64,000 nt of DNA from Chiloscyllium plagiosum. Taxonomy: Eukaryota. Both the position numbers and the translations under genes were made by a program. The stretch covers positions 93,740,179 to 93,804,178 of the forward strand of contig NC_057718.1 of the NCBI RefSeq assembly GCF_004010195.1, in the 5' to 3' direction. Below, one piece after another: positions 1 through 12,465 of this stretch (its first letter is position 1; every line of letters begins with the position of its first letter). Under the pieces are notes generated by a model, which saw nothing but the letters and a program-made list of their open reading frames with translations, was not told the origin of the DNA and did no database searches.

Positions 1-1050
1 GGGCCCTATTCTCTCCCTAGTTACCCTTAATATATTTGTAAAAACTCTTTGGATTCTCCTTAATTCTATTTGCCAAAGCTATTTCATATCCACTTTTTGC
101 CCTCCTGATTTCCCTCTTCAGTATACTCCTACTGCCTTTATACTCTTCTAAGGATTCACTTGATCTATCCTGTCTATACCCGACATATGCTTCTTTCATT
201 TTCTTAACCAAACCCTCAATTTCTTTGGTCATCTAGCATTCCCTATACCTACCAGCCTTCCCTTTCACCCTGACAGGAATATACTTTCTCTGGACTCTTG
301 TTATCTCATTTCTGAAGGCTTCCCATTTTCCAGCCATCCCTTTACCTGCGAACATCTACCCCCAATCAGCTTTTGTAAGTTCTTGCCTAATACCGTCAAA
401 ATTGGCCTTTCTCCAATTTAGAATTTCAACTTTTAGATCTGGTCTATCCTTTTCCATCACTATTTTAAAACGAATAGAATTATGGTCGCTGGCCCCAAAG
501 TGCTCCCCCACTGACACCTCAGTCATCTGCCCTGTCTTATTTCACAAGAGTAGATCAAGTTTTGCACCTTCTCTAGTAGGTACATCCACATACTGAATCA
601 GAAAATTGTCTTGTACACACTTAATAAATACCTCTCCATCTAAACCCTTAACATTATGTCAGTCCCAGTCTAGAGTCATAGAGTCACAGAGTCAGTCTAT
701 GTTTGGAAAGTTAAAACCCCCTACCATAACCAACGTATTATTCTTACAGATAGCTGAGATCTCCTTACAAGTTTGTTTCTCAATTTCCCGCTGACTATTA
801 GGGGGTCTATAATACAATCCAAATAAGTTAATCAACCCTTTCTTATTTCTCAGTTCCACTCAAATAACTTCTCTGGATGTATTCCCAGGAATATCCTCCC
901 TCAGTACAGCTGTAATGCTATCCCTTATCAAAAACGCTACTCCTCCCTCCTCTCTTGCCTCCCTTTCTATCCTTCCTGTAGCATTTGTATCCTGGAACAT
1001 TAAGCTGCCAGTCCTGCCCTTCCCTGAGCCATGTTTCTGTAATTGCTATG
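1..1050 (-). mobile_element. CR1 LINE ORF2 fragment (APE endonuclease and linker), truncated by the window edge
   Basis: Minus-strand translations VIAITETWLREGQDWQLNVPGYKCYRKDR (APE domain) and LANRIKENPKSFYKYIK (CR1 linker). Confidence 0.93.
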
Positions 1051-1712
1051 ACTGATGTTTCGAACATAAGCTCTTCATCAGGAATGTTTGTTTGGATGTG
1101 GGAGGATACGAAGGAGAAATTGTTGACGTTCAGGACCAAATCATCCAATCGAATGAGTGCGTCTTTGGAAAGGGACTGGTTGGGTCGGTGGGAGAGGAAG
1201 AAACCGAGGGCTTGGCGGCCTTAGTCATGGCAGATGGATGTGTATAGGGACTGGATGTCCACGGTGAAGATAAGGCATTGGGGGTCGTGGAACCGAAAGT
1301 CATGGAGGAGGTGGAGGGCATAGGTGGTGTCCCAATTGTATGTGGGATATCCTGGACTAAGGGGAACAGGACAGTGTGAAGGTATGCGGAGATATGTTCG
1401 GTGGGGCAGGAGCAGGCTGAGATAATGGGTTGACTGAGGCAGTCAGGTTTGTGAATTTTGGGTAAGAGGTGGAACCAGATGGTGCGAGGTTCCTGAATGA
1501 TGAGGTTGGAATCTGTGGATGGGAGATCCCCTGAGGTGATGAGGTTGTGGATGGTTTGGGAGATGATGGTTTGATGATGGGAGGTGAGGTCGTGGTCGAG
1601 GGGATAGTAGGAGGAGGTGTCCGCGAGTTGGCGCCTGGTTTCCAGCCGTGTAGAAGTTGGTGCACCAAACTACCACAGTGCCCCTCCTTGTCTGCTGGTT
1701 TGATGGTGAGCT
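1051..1712 (-). mobile_element. Penelope-like element RT fragment joined to a hammerhead-bearing terminus
   Basis: Frameshifted PLE RT motifs on the minus strand (VVWCT.., ..LPKIHKPDC.., LVLNVNNFSFVSSH). Minus strand at 1051-1086 reads CATTC-CTGATGA-A-GAGC-TTAT-GTTC-GAAA-CATC. Confidence 0.88.
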
Positions 1713-1764
1713 TGCAACTTTAACTGTTGTAAATTAGGAATAAACTGGATTCCTAGGTATAGTG

Positions 1765-2112
1765 GAGCAGCATGGTGGCTCAGTGGTTAGCACTGTTGCC
1801 TCACAATGCCAGAGACCCACTTTTGAATTCACCCTCAGGTGACTGTGTGGAGTTTTCACATTGTCCCTGTATCTGCATATGTTTTCTCCAGGTGCTCTGG
1901 TATCCTCTCATAGTTCAAAAATGTGTAGGTTAGAATTGGCTGTGCTAAAGTGCCAACAGTGTTCATGGATGAGCAGGCTAAGTGAGTTAGCCATGGGCAA
2001 TTTAGAGTTACAGGGATAGGGTAGGGGATGGGCTTGTGTGGGATGCAATTTGGAGGATTGGTGTGGATACAATGGGCCGAATAGCCTGTTTCCACACTGT
2101 CAGGATTCTATG
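1765..2112 (+). mobile_element. HE1-like tRNA-derived SINE
   Basis: A box TGGCTCAGTGG, B-box remnant, core TGTGTGGAGTTT..CATT, CR1-like tail GGGCC..CCTGTTTCCACACTGT..GATTCTATGA. Confidence 0.88.
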
Positions 2113-2392
2113 AACTGCTGGAGAGTTGAGTGGGAGGAAGTGATGGGTTCTCCTGATTTTTCCATTAGCAGAAGAGGAAACCTTAGAAAAATGTTGTAAA
2201 ATTCAATTTGACACCATCTCGGCAGTGACGTTAGAACGGGCAACCTGGGGAAATCCCACAGGAGGACAACTGCTCCTCTCAAAAAATAAGCTGAGCCAGT
2301 TCAACAAAATGGGAAAAATTCCCAATTCAAGAGGAGGAAGTAGGGTAGAGACTCAATACATTTTATAAATGCTTTTAATTTACGTAGTTGAA

Positions 2393-2835
2393 TCATAGAG
2401 ATGTACAGCACAGAAATTGAGCCTTCAGTCCAACTTGTCCACACCGACCAGATATCCTGAATTACTCTCGTCCTGTTTGCCAGTATCTGGCCTATATCCC
2501 TCTAAATCTTTCTGATTCATGTACCCATCCAGATGTCTTTTAAATGTTGCAATTGTACTAGCCTCCATCACTTCCTCTGGCAGCTCATTCCATACACGCA
2601 CCACCCTCTGCATGAAAACATTGACCCTTAGGTCTATTTATATCTTTCCCCCTCACCTTAAACCTATGCCCTCTAGTTTTGGACTCCCCTACCCTGGAGA
2701 AAATACCTTGGGTATTTACCCTATCCATGCCCCTCAAGATTTTATCAGCCTCTACAAGGTCACCCCTCAGTCCTCCAATGCTCCAGGGACAAGAGACCCA
2801 ATCTATTCAGACTTTCCCTGTAGCTCCAACCCTCC
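2393..2835 (-). mobile_element. CR1 LINE 3' fragment
   Basis: ORF 2425..2613 QRVVRVWNELPEEV..FKRHLDGYM is the CR1 ORF2 C-terminus, followed by the 3' UTR and tail. Confidence 0.92.
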
Positions 2836-3194
2836 AGTCCCAGCAACATCCTTCCTGTAGCATGTGCTATGATGCACCTCAGGAGCAGATTGAAATTAAA
2901 CTGATGTCTCCTGTCTCAGAGGTAGGGACATTATGACTGTATCACAAGAGGCCTCAGCTAATACTTTACCTTTACTTGATAACCAATTCTATCAAAGTGA
3001 ACAGAATGACCTATCCAATGTGAAATCCAAAAGAGGACTGATGAGATCATGGTCTCCCAGTGTTACAAAACCAACTTATATTCACATTGCACCTTTAATG
3101 TAATCCATGCTAATTTCTACCCTTGCAATCCCAGTCATTGAATATATGTCATCTTAAAATCTGATGTCAAAAAAACTCTGGCAGAACAGGGTGC

Positions 3195-3643
3195 TGTTGC
3201 CAGGATGGTGCCTGGACTAGAGGGTTTGTGTTTTGAAGAGAGGTTGACTAAGCTTGGACTTTTCTCTCTGGAGAGAAGGAGGAAAAGAGGTGACCTAATT
3301 GAGTTATACGAGGTAATGAGAGGCATGGATAGAGTCAATAGCCAGAGACATTTCCTCAGGGCAGGACTGACTGGCACGAGGGGTCATATTTTAAGATATT
3401 AGGAGGAAGGTATAGAGGAGACGTCAGAGATAGGTTCTTTACACAGAGAGTTGTGAATGTATGGAATGCGTTGCCTACAGTGGTGGTGTTGGAAGCAGAA
3501 ACATTAGGGACATTTAAGCAACTCAAGTGAATTGAGGGGTGTGTAAGTTTGGTTATTATATTTTACATTAGGATTAATCCTCGGCACAACATTGTGGGCC
3601 AAAAGGCCTGTTCCTTGCTGTATGTTTCTATGTTCTATGTTCT
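3195..3643 (+). mobile_element. CR1 LINE 3' fragment
   Basis: MVPGLEGLCFEERLTKLGLFSLERRRKRGDLIE; ends in (TTCTATG)n tail. Confidence 0.92.
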
Positions 3644-3685
3644 AACAAAAAAAGAGATCTTGAGCATACTGGAGCTAAAGTAGTT

Positions 3686-3824
3686 ACAAATCACACGACA
3701 CCAGGTGATGAAGGAGCGGCGCTCCGAAAGCTAGTGCTTCCAATTAAACCTGTTGGACTATAACTTGGTGTTATATGATTTGTAACTTTGCACACCCCAG
3801 CCCAATACCAGCATCTCCAAATCA
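3686..3824 (+). mobile_element. Short PLE-derived repeat, family 2 (hammerhead-bearing)
   Basis: TGATGA-A-GGAGC-GGC-GCTCC-GAAA-GCTA (first core C replaced by G), then the shared family tail; flanked by GGAGCTAAAG on both sides. Confidence 0.75.
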
Positions 3825-4674
3825 TGGGAGCTAAAGAAACAATTTTAACATCTAAAAGGGAAAAATGTATTTTATTGACAATTACATTCACTCAATTTCT
3901 TGTTTTGTCCTTAATTGCAATTAAATTACCCTGTGCCATAAACTGATTCATCAAATGATCTAATCACTTGCAATTTAAAGAGGTTAACTGTGGATCTGTT
4001 GCTACACAATCACCGCACTCCCTTGCTGCCTTGGATCAAGGCATCGCTGTGATTCTCGATAGCATCTTGTTGAGAAGTACTTGAATTTATTAACCAGCCA
4101 ATGTCAACAAATTAATTGAGGCTCTCAATAAAACGGCTTGTATCCTAGATCTTACCAATTGTTCCGATCATTTCCATGAATTTAATTAAATAGGATTTTC
4201 ATGCTATTGAGTAACTACCTCAGCTGTTGTTGTGCCAAAGTGGACGTAGTATCATGCTGAAAACAGTGTGATCTGATACCTAATTAAAAATGAAATCTCA
4301 AGGGTACACTAAATGACAATGTGGCTATATTACAGAAAGCATACTTTTAATATGAAGACACCAGCATAAATTGCATTTTATCAAAGCTTCAGTTTAAACA
4401 CACACAGTAAAAATATCTATCCTCAATAGCATTATGTCGAATGTTAGTTCCAATTCCACATTCAAGCTGCTTGATCACAAGCACGGACACATTTGTTCTC
4501 AACGTCGTCCTGAATTAATGAAACATGAATTAACATTTTGACCATGGACAGTACTAAAAGACAACAAGAGTGATTGGGAAGATTACAGAACGGAGTGGAA
4601 TCAAGCAAGGCCATTTATCCCATTTAATCCATTTCTTCCACGTTACATACCATCTATTTTACCATGGCCTCCAC

Positions 4675-5195
4675 TGAATACGTTGGTGTGGCCACATTTG
4701 GAGTACTACAACCAGTTCTGGTTGTCCTATTATAGATATTACTAAGCTAGAAAGAGTGCAGAAAGGATTTATTAGGTTATTATCTGGATTGGAAGGTTTG
4801 AGTTAGAAGGGGAGGTTGGATAGGTTGGAACTTCTTTCCCTGGTGTGTAGATCACTGGGGGGTGACCTTATAGAGGTCTATAAAATCATGAGAGTAGGTA
4901 GCCAACAGCTTTTCCCCAGGGTAGAGGAGTCCCAAGCTAGACGGCAGAGGTTTAAGGTGAGAGGGGAGAGGTACACAAGGGTCCAGAGGGGCAATCTTTC
5001 CACACAGAGGGTGGTGAGTGTCTGGAATGGGCAACTTTGTTACTTGACAAACATTTTGACAGGTACATGGATGGGATAGGTATGGAGGGATAGGGACGAA
5101 ATGTAGGCAAATGGAGCTAGTTTAATGTGAAAACTGGGGCGGCACAGGTAAGTTGGGCCGAAGGGCGTGTTTCCATGCAGTAGACCTCTATGACT
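4675..5195 (+). mobile_element. CR1 LINE 3' fragment
   Basis: GDLIEVYKIMR..TQRVVSVWN; CR1 3' UTR and CTCTATGAC tail. Confidence 0.9.
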
Positions 5196-5645
5196 GTTAA
5201 ACAATATTCCTTGCCGCCAAAAGATGAGAAGTAATCACTAAGCTCAGTGAAGGCAAATTTAATTGTAATGTTCAAAAAGGATTCTGATCATTGTCTGCAG
5301 ATGTAAGATTTGGAAATCTAAGAGGAAATGACAGAGGAGTGGGAATTGCTGAGTTGTTCTAATGGACATCCATACCAATATGATCGGTCAAACGGCCTTC
5401 TTCCTTGCTGTAAATATTCTATAATCCTGTAATGCTACAAAATTTCCATTCTATTTGTTCATCACTGAATTCCCACTATCCGGCTATAGTGAGTTGGTCA
5501 CCATAAGTAAACATTCTGCCCATGCCCTCCTTCCTATAGTCACAAATATCATTGTGTCCGGTGTGATATTTGTTTCTGGGACTTTTTTTTCGAAGTCCTG
5601 TACCAACACCTTCCTGAAGCTCAAATTGATGTTATGCTGCTTAAT

Positions 5646-5693
5646 GTCACTTCTTGCATTAGGTCACTTCTTGCATTAGGTCACTTCTGCATT
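5646..5693. repeat. Tandem repeat of 17-bp unit GTCACTTCTTGCATTAG (about 2.8 copies)
   Basis: Two exact copies at 5646-5679 and a partial third. Confidence 0.9.
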
Positions 5694-5819
5694 TTCTTTG
5701 AAATGTAATTGAAATTGGTACTGAGTGCCAGCTATATTGAAATATCCATAACTTTGCTAGGTAGGAAAAAGTGCTGCTCTGCTCTCCAGTCATACTAATG
5801 TCGAACTTTTATTTTATTT

Positions 5820-6085
5820 ATTAGATTCCCTACTGCATGGAAACAGGCCCTTCAACCCAACCAGTCCACACCAACCCTCCGAAGAGTAACCCACCCAGAC
5901 CCATTCCCCTCTGACTGATGCACCTAACACTATGGGCAATTTCGCATGGCCAATTCACCTAACCTGCACATCTTTAGACTGTGGGAGGAAACCAGAGCAC
6001 CCAGAGGAAACCCACGCAGACACGGGGAGAATATGCAAACTCCACACAGACGGTTGGCAGTGCTAACGACTGAGCCATCGTGCAG
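5820..6085 (-). mobile_element. HE1-like SINE
   Basis: Reverse complement of the SINE seen at 13358 and 23902. Confidence 0.9.
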
Positions 6086-6892
6086 CTTAATTCTTTTCCT
6101 TCTTTTCACTTAAGATTTTGTACCTGGATACCTAAGATGGCACCATGAATTGAGACATTGCACACTTTTCACTGCATTCCTGTATCCCTTTATTTGAGTA
6201 CACATAACAATAAAACCTAATTCTAATTCTACTGGACTCAAAACATTAGCTCTGTTTCTCTCTCCATGCATACTGCCAGACCTGCTGATCTGCTCCAGCA
6301 ACTTCTGTTTCCATTTCAGTTTTCCAGCATCCGCAGTTCCTTATTTTTATGTTTAAGACATGATCTAACTGTCTGTTTTGCAACAATAAATCAATACTTC
6401 AAATCCAAAAGGAAGATAAGCGAAGTAGCATTTGATTTTTGGGCGTGAATACTTTCTGCAGGCTTCTGAACTCTTTCAAACAGAGTGAGGGTGTGAGGGC
6501 GGGAGTTCAGAGATCTGTGTGGACTCATTGTGATTGTGCCTGGGAGATACAACCATCAACACAAAAACAGTCAAGTTTTTTTTGGAACACCTCCATTTCT
6601 TCAGGGGTCTCAACCATTTTCTTATACTGCTGTGAGTTCCATTGGAGTCCAGTCAAAACAATGGTAAGAGACCTCAATGAATCTTGCAGTGAGATTTGTA
6701 AAGGAACGTCTACCATACCAATGTTCACCCTACCTCAGAGAAAGGCATTGCGCCAAGGTACAGACACAATACCCAGTGTTTTTGGATATCATGCCTTTAG
6801 ATAAACAAGCTTTAGGCCAGTGGTGGATTACACAGCAGAAACTGGCTCTGAAAGTCTAATAAGGTAGGTTTCTGGAGGAGTTACTTGGCTTA

Positions 6893-7117
6893 TGGGGAAT
6901 AGAGTTAGCTCAGTTGGCTGGATCATTGGTTTAGAGAGCAGTGTGATGCCAACAGTGTGGGTTCAATTCCCCTCACTGGTTTGAGGTTACCATGATGGAC
7001 TCTCCTTCTCAAATTCTTCCATCACCTGAGGTCTGGTGATCCTCAGGTTAACTCACCACCAGTCACTTCTCTCTAATGTGAGGGTAGCCCCTATGGCCTG
7101 GTAAGGCTATGGTGACA
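6893..7117 (+). mobile_element. tRNA-headed SINE, second family (other copies at 8563-8745 minus and 23062-23264 plus)
   Basis: TAGCTCAGTTGG A box and GGTTCAATTCC B box; body shared among three copies in the window. Confidence 0.75.
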
Positions 7118-7269
7118 AAATGCCAACACTGGGCTCATTTATTGGTGATTCCAACCACAATGTCTGTTCTGCAGCAATCCCAGAACATGTTCAATTTGGA
7201 AAATTCTTATTTGGAAAATTCTTGTTATGAATTTGCTCATTGTGTCCATAAAACAAAAAAAGGAGCAGT

Positions 7270-7712
7270 ACAGTGCCTCAGTGGTTAGCACTGCTGCCTC
7301 ACAGCAGCAGGGACCTGGGTTCGATTCCAGCCTCGGGAACTGTCTGTGTGGAGTTTGCACATTTTCCCCTTGTCTGCATGGGTTTCCTCCCGCAGTCCAA
7401 TGATGTGCAGGTTAGGTGGATTGGTAAAAGTAAGGACTGCAGATGCTGGAAACCAGAGTTTAGATCAGAGTGGTGCTGCAAAAGCACAGCAGGTCAGGCA
7501 GCATCCGAGGAGCAGGAAAATCGACGTTTCAGGCAAAAGCCCTTCATCAAGAAGGTTAGGTGGATTGGCCATGCTAAATTGCTCATAGTATCCAGAGATG
7601 TGTAGGCTGGATTGGCCATGGGAAAAATACAGAGTTATAGGGAGAGAGGAGAGAGAGTGTTGGTGAGTACTCGTTGGGCCGAATGGCCTGCCTCCATACT
7701 GTAGAGATACTA
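7270..7712 (+). mobile_element. HE1-like SINE interrupted by a PLE mini-element
   Basis: A and B boxes and core present; the SINE resumes after duplicated AGGTTAGGTGGATTGG. Confidence 0.88.
7425..7552 (-). mobile_element. Short PLE-derived element, family 1, with 16-bp TSD
   Basis: AGGTTAGGTGGATTGG at 7409-7424 and 7553-7568; minus strand TTGATGA-A-GGGC-TTTT-GCCT-GAAACGTC (decayed hammerhead). Confidence 0.85.
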
Positions 7713-7974
7713 TAAAATAGTGGGATTAGAGCACGGGTTAACTGTACTCTGCTCACATGGAGGGTTGTTTGTTCCTAAAGTTTGATAGGGCAAGGGAAAC
7801 TCAGCAGACCAGAAACACACACACACAGACACACACGCCCACACAAAGACAAACATGCACAACAGAACTACACACGTATAATAAGACACACAGAAGCAGC
7901 CATAAACGCACACAAAAACAAAACAGATAAAGGCAGGCAAGAAATATACACAAAGACAGCATCACAATACAAAA

Positions 7975-8545
7975 CCAAGCCATTCAGCCCCAGTGTCTGC
8001 AGCAGCTCCTCAAATAAGCATCATACCTATTCCCATTCTCCTGCTTTCTCCACAATAACCTTGCACATTATTTCTATCCAAATAATTATCCAACATTCAC
8101 TTGAATGCCTCAGTTGAAGCTGTCTCCACCACACCTACATGCAATGCATTCCAGAACTTAAACACTCAGTGCATGAATATGCTTTTTCTCACCCCACATT
8201 TGCTTCCTTTGCAATTCACTTTAATTCTATGCCTTCTGGTTTTTATCTTTTTACAAGTGGGAACATCCACTCTAGCCAGCCCCCAGTATGATTTTGAAAA
8301 CCTCCAAAACTCCTCTTAGCCTTCTTCTCTCCAAAGAGAACAGTCCCCAACTTTGTCAATCTGTCCCCAATCTGAGGTTTCTCATTCCTGGAACTATTCC
8401 TGTAAATCTGCTTCTGCACTCTCTCCAATGCATTTACCTACTTTCTCTATTGTAGGACCCAGAATTGAACACGTGGGGTCTAACAAGTGTCTCACCCAAC
8501 TTCAACATCACCCCCTTACTCTTGTACTCTATGCCCCAGACACAA
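7975..8545 (-). mobile_element. Old CR1 3' fragment
   Basis: ORF 8243..8428 MERVQK..DRLTKLG with frameshifts. Confidence 0.7.
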
Positions 8546-8562
8546 AGGTTTCCATGATAAAG

Positions 8563-8745
8563 TCACTATAGTGTAACAAGACCATAGGGCTGCTCTCGTA
8601 TTAGAGAGAGATAACTCGTGGTGGTTTACCACACCTCAAGTGAGAAGGAGAATTTTTGATGGAAACTTTAGCCAGCACAGGAATTGAACCCATGCAGTTG
8701 GCATCACTTTGCAAGAACTGATCAGCCATCCAAGCTAACTGACTC
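8563..8745 (-). mobile_element. tRNA-headed SINE, second family
   Basis: Reverse complement of the 6893-7117 element. Confidence 0.7.
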
Positions 8746-8749
8746 CTCA

Positions 8750-9400
8750 GATAGAAATACACATGCAAACAAACAGAAATAAGTACAGGCTGAAATACAC
8801 AAACACATACAAGACAGGAATATGTACAGACTGAAATACACAGACAAATACATACAGAAATGTGTACACACTGAAATACACACACAAACAAACAGAAATA
8901 AACATAGGCTGAAATACACATACAAACAAACAGAAATATATACAGACTGAAATACACACACAAAAACAAACAGAAATATGTACAGACTGAAATACACACA
9001 CAAATAGAAATATGTATAGACTGAAATACACAAACATATAAGAAATATGTACAGACTGAAATACACAAATACATACAGACTGAAATATGTACAGACTGAA
9101 ATACACACACACATACAGAAATATGTACCGACTGAAATATGTAAACACATACAAACTGAAATATGTATGTATTGAAATACACACACAAAAACAAACAAGA
9201 ATATGTACAGACTGAAATACACACATACAAACTGAAATATGTACAGGCTGAAACACGCACACACAAACAAACAGGCATGTGTACAGACTGAAATACACAA
9301 ACACAAACACGTACAGACCGAAATACACATGCACACTCAAAGAAATGGGATGCACACACACACAAATACATATGTGGGTATACAAAAACGCACACTCATA
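8750..9400. repeat. CA-rich minisatellite, unit about 36-40 bp (GTACAGACTGAAATACACAC..AAACAGAAATAT)
   Basis: Roughly 15 degenerate copies of GACTGAAATA; explains the three long low-complexity ORFs. Confidence 0.92.
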
Positions 9401-11262
9401 CCTTATGTGCTCGTGAACTATCCTCCTCTTCCTATTCTGTTCCACTGTGAGAAACTGTCCAATTATCCTTATTCATCTCTCTGCTGCTGTGCTAATACCA
9501 TGAAATGATACTACTCATAAAGAATTGATCTTCCACACCTGATTGGAGCAAGAAATCATTTTTCAACATGAGTCATGATTGTGCAATACTATATAAACTC
9601 ACTGTGAGTGACATTTTTCAGAACCTTCCAACTGCCAGTTAGACTCATGGAAATGCTCAAAACAAGGACCAGCAGAGAATCATTAGCACTTTCTTCCAAT
9701 ATTCCACCCCGTCTTTACAAGTTGTCTTTTCTCATTAAGATTGGCAAACGTGGGCCTCTATTCTTTTCTCCTTGCTTGAATCCATTGGAGACATAGATTA
9801 AAAACATTGAAAAGTGGTAACATCTGTTACTTGATGAGCCCTGGGTTGAGAGCTCATGATCCATACTTCAGGAATGCAGGATAAAACAGAAAAGATGACA
9901 ACGCAATTAAAACTGATGTACTTTCCTCGTCAAAATGGTTATCAAAATTGGAAGAGTAGTTGTAGTCACTAGAAATGGCAACTTTCTGATTAATATTGCC
10001 TCTGTTTTGTGTTTCATGCTTATAGATTATTTTACCATTTAACTGTAGTGTGCCTCTTCACTACTTGTTTGCATGCTTTCCCTATTCAGCTCTGTGGAGC
10101 TCTTTCAAATGTAAAATGCCTCATTTTGATTTTCTGACCCAGTTAAAGACAATTGTTAGACAGATTCCTGTGTGGTTTCTGTGGTTAAAGGCTGATTCAT
10201 GTCAGTCACATTCTGTGGCTTTCAATTGCCAGAAGTAAATGGGTGTACAGCTGTTGCAACTATCTTTACATACTGATGGTGGTGACCAGTGGCCACAACA
10301 AACACTATCGCTCTGCATCTACACTGCACTTAAAATGTCAGTCACTTGTGTTCAAGACTGGGCATTTCATCACCTCTTGTGCTGGAAAGCTCAACTGTTA
10401 ACTGCACAGAATTGACAATTTTAATTAGTTTGCTTTTGACAACCATGTAAACCCTGTTGAACGAACTATGGTGGTTTGAAAGATACATGTCAATCGTTGT
10501 GCCATACTAGAAGTCTTTGCCACAGAATTCTGCACTGGTTTACTCTCAGTCCTACATTATACCACAGGGAAGCTAGTCAATCTAGAGGATTGATTGCTTA
10601 TATAAACTGGCAGCATTAATTTGGTCCCTGAGGTGAGGTATAACACTGTTACATGAGTAGCGTTCAAGTGTTAGAAGAGCAAAAAGTAAGTGCTTTTGTT
10701 ACTTAATACATTTCATACAAATTATTTTTCTAAATATGTAGAGTACAGCCCAATTCACAGTATTGTTCCCAATCATAGTATCAATGAAAGGCTATTGCAT
10801 TAATGCTCAACTTTAACACTGAAATTTGCAAAAAATACTTGTTACATAGAGTACATGAGGATCCATTAGACATTCCTGTTGCTGATATCAGTGGACGTCA
10901 CAATTTGATACAACAGATTTCTATGCCATTCCTTCCATTATTTTAAGACAAGCTTTTGCCTACTTGTTTTTAAAAGTAACATTTCCACTAGTGAACAGCA
11001 GACAGCCAAGCAAGATGGGTAAGTGATCACCCGTTAATATCACCAGCAACAACTTCTCGGCTGAGACAGACATGATATTAAGGTGATCACTGTTTATATC
11101 ACGTCATATTTCTTCTGTGCACTTGGTTTTACATTCACTCCTGAAATCTGGTCTGAAGTGTGCAATACAAAGACTGTGAACAGTGCTGTCCCAGGGCTAT
11201 TAGAAATGCATGCTGGTTGTTTCCCAGTGTTACAGGGAGCCACTCACAATATAATAATAATG

Positions 11263-11403
11263 TGATGATGCCGGTTTTGGACTGTGGTGGGCAAAATTAA
11301 AAAATCACACAATATCAGGTTATACTCCAACAGGTTTATTTGGAAATACAAGTGCTTTCAAATAAACCCGTTGGACTATAACCTGGTGTTGTGTGATTTT
11401 TAA
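11263..11403. mobile_element. Family-2 PLE terminus in inverted arrangement, hammerhead core absent
   Basis: AAAAATCACACAATATCAGGTTATACTCCAACAGGTTTATTTG mirrored by CAAATAAACCCGTTGGACTATAACCTGGTGTTGTGTGATTTTT. Confidence 0.75.
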
Positions 11404-12182
11404 TATAATTATAAATGGTGCTAGGGACCTACAAGTTTAGTGATATACTTGATACAGGGTATGGAGAGAAACTGGGAATGGGATGCTGAGTTTGCATGAT
11501 CAGCCATGGTCATGGTGGGGCAATCTCGATGGGCCAAAAGGCCTACTCCTGCATCTATTTTCTATGTTTCTATGTTATCATTATATTGTTGCACTACTAG
11601 ACTATTGGACACATCTGACTTAAGGTCAGAAACAAACATTGTAACCAGCTTTAATATGGTACATGAATTTGCTTGAAATCAATGGTAGCAAATGGTATTA
11701 CAGTAATCCTGAGATACTGGACACAACCAGGGTGTCAGGGCCATCTCTTTGAAATGGTGAAGGCAAATCATTTTCAAGTAAATAATGGGCTAGACGGCAA
11801 TGACGAAAACAAAATCAAATTAGAAGTCAAATAAGCAACGACTATAGCAAAGTCAGTTCGTATTCTATTATTGTCTCGGACAATTTTAATTCACGCATTG
11901 TGACTGATGTAAATTTTCCTTTTGATTCAACAGAGGGGCAACATAAATATATTGACTATGCAGAGGTTAAGGAAATAGGCAACAGCTTAAAACGCACCCA
12001 CAGCGGATGTAGCAGACTAACATTAACCCTTTACCAGCTGTTGTCACTTCGGGGGGGCAATCTGATCAGAAAATACATCAGCGAAATGCAAAACTAGCCT
12101 CTTGCAGTGCAGTGGAAGTGTCCCTACGCCTGAGCCAGGAGACCCACGTTCAAGTCCCACCTACATCAGAGGTGGATAATAA

Positions 12183-12465
12183 CATGGTGGCTCAGTGGCT
12201 AGCACTGCTGCCTCACAGCACCAGGGTCCCAGGTTTGATTCCAGCCTTGGGCGACTGTCTGTGTGGAGTTTGCTCATTCTCCCCACGTCTGTGTGGGTTT
12301 TCTTGGGGTGCTCCGTTTTCCTCCCACAAAAGCCCAAAGATGTGTAGGTCAGGTGAATTGGCCATGGTAAATTGCACATAGTGTTAGGTGCATTAGTCAG
12401 AGGGAAATGGGTCTGGGTGGGTGATTATTTGGAGGGTCGGTTTCCACACTGTATGAATCTAATCT
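12183..12465 (+). mobile_element. HE1-like SINE
   Basis: A and B boxes, core, CR1-like tail. Confidence 0.9.

Noticed and set aside
6439..6804. 121-aa ORF and its antisense 67-aa ORF in unique sequence
   Set aside because: No recognisable domain and no convincing splice sites; length is compatible with chance
8750..9400. CRISPR-like periodic repeat (GACTGAAATA about every 38 bp)
   Set aside because: The intervening segments resemble each other, there are no cas genes, and the context is a vertebrate genome: a minisatellite
8601..9445. Three overlapping ORFs of 204-264 aa
   Set aside because: Low-complexity C/V/Y/F translations of the CA-rich minisatellite, open in all three frames
11910..11970. 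Possible 32-nt micro-exon (..TTCAACAG|AGGGG..GCAGAG|GTTAAG)
   Set aside because: Weak donor and no supporting context
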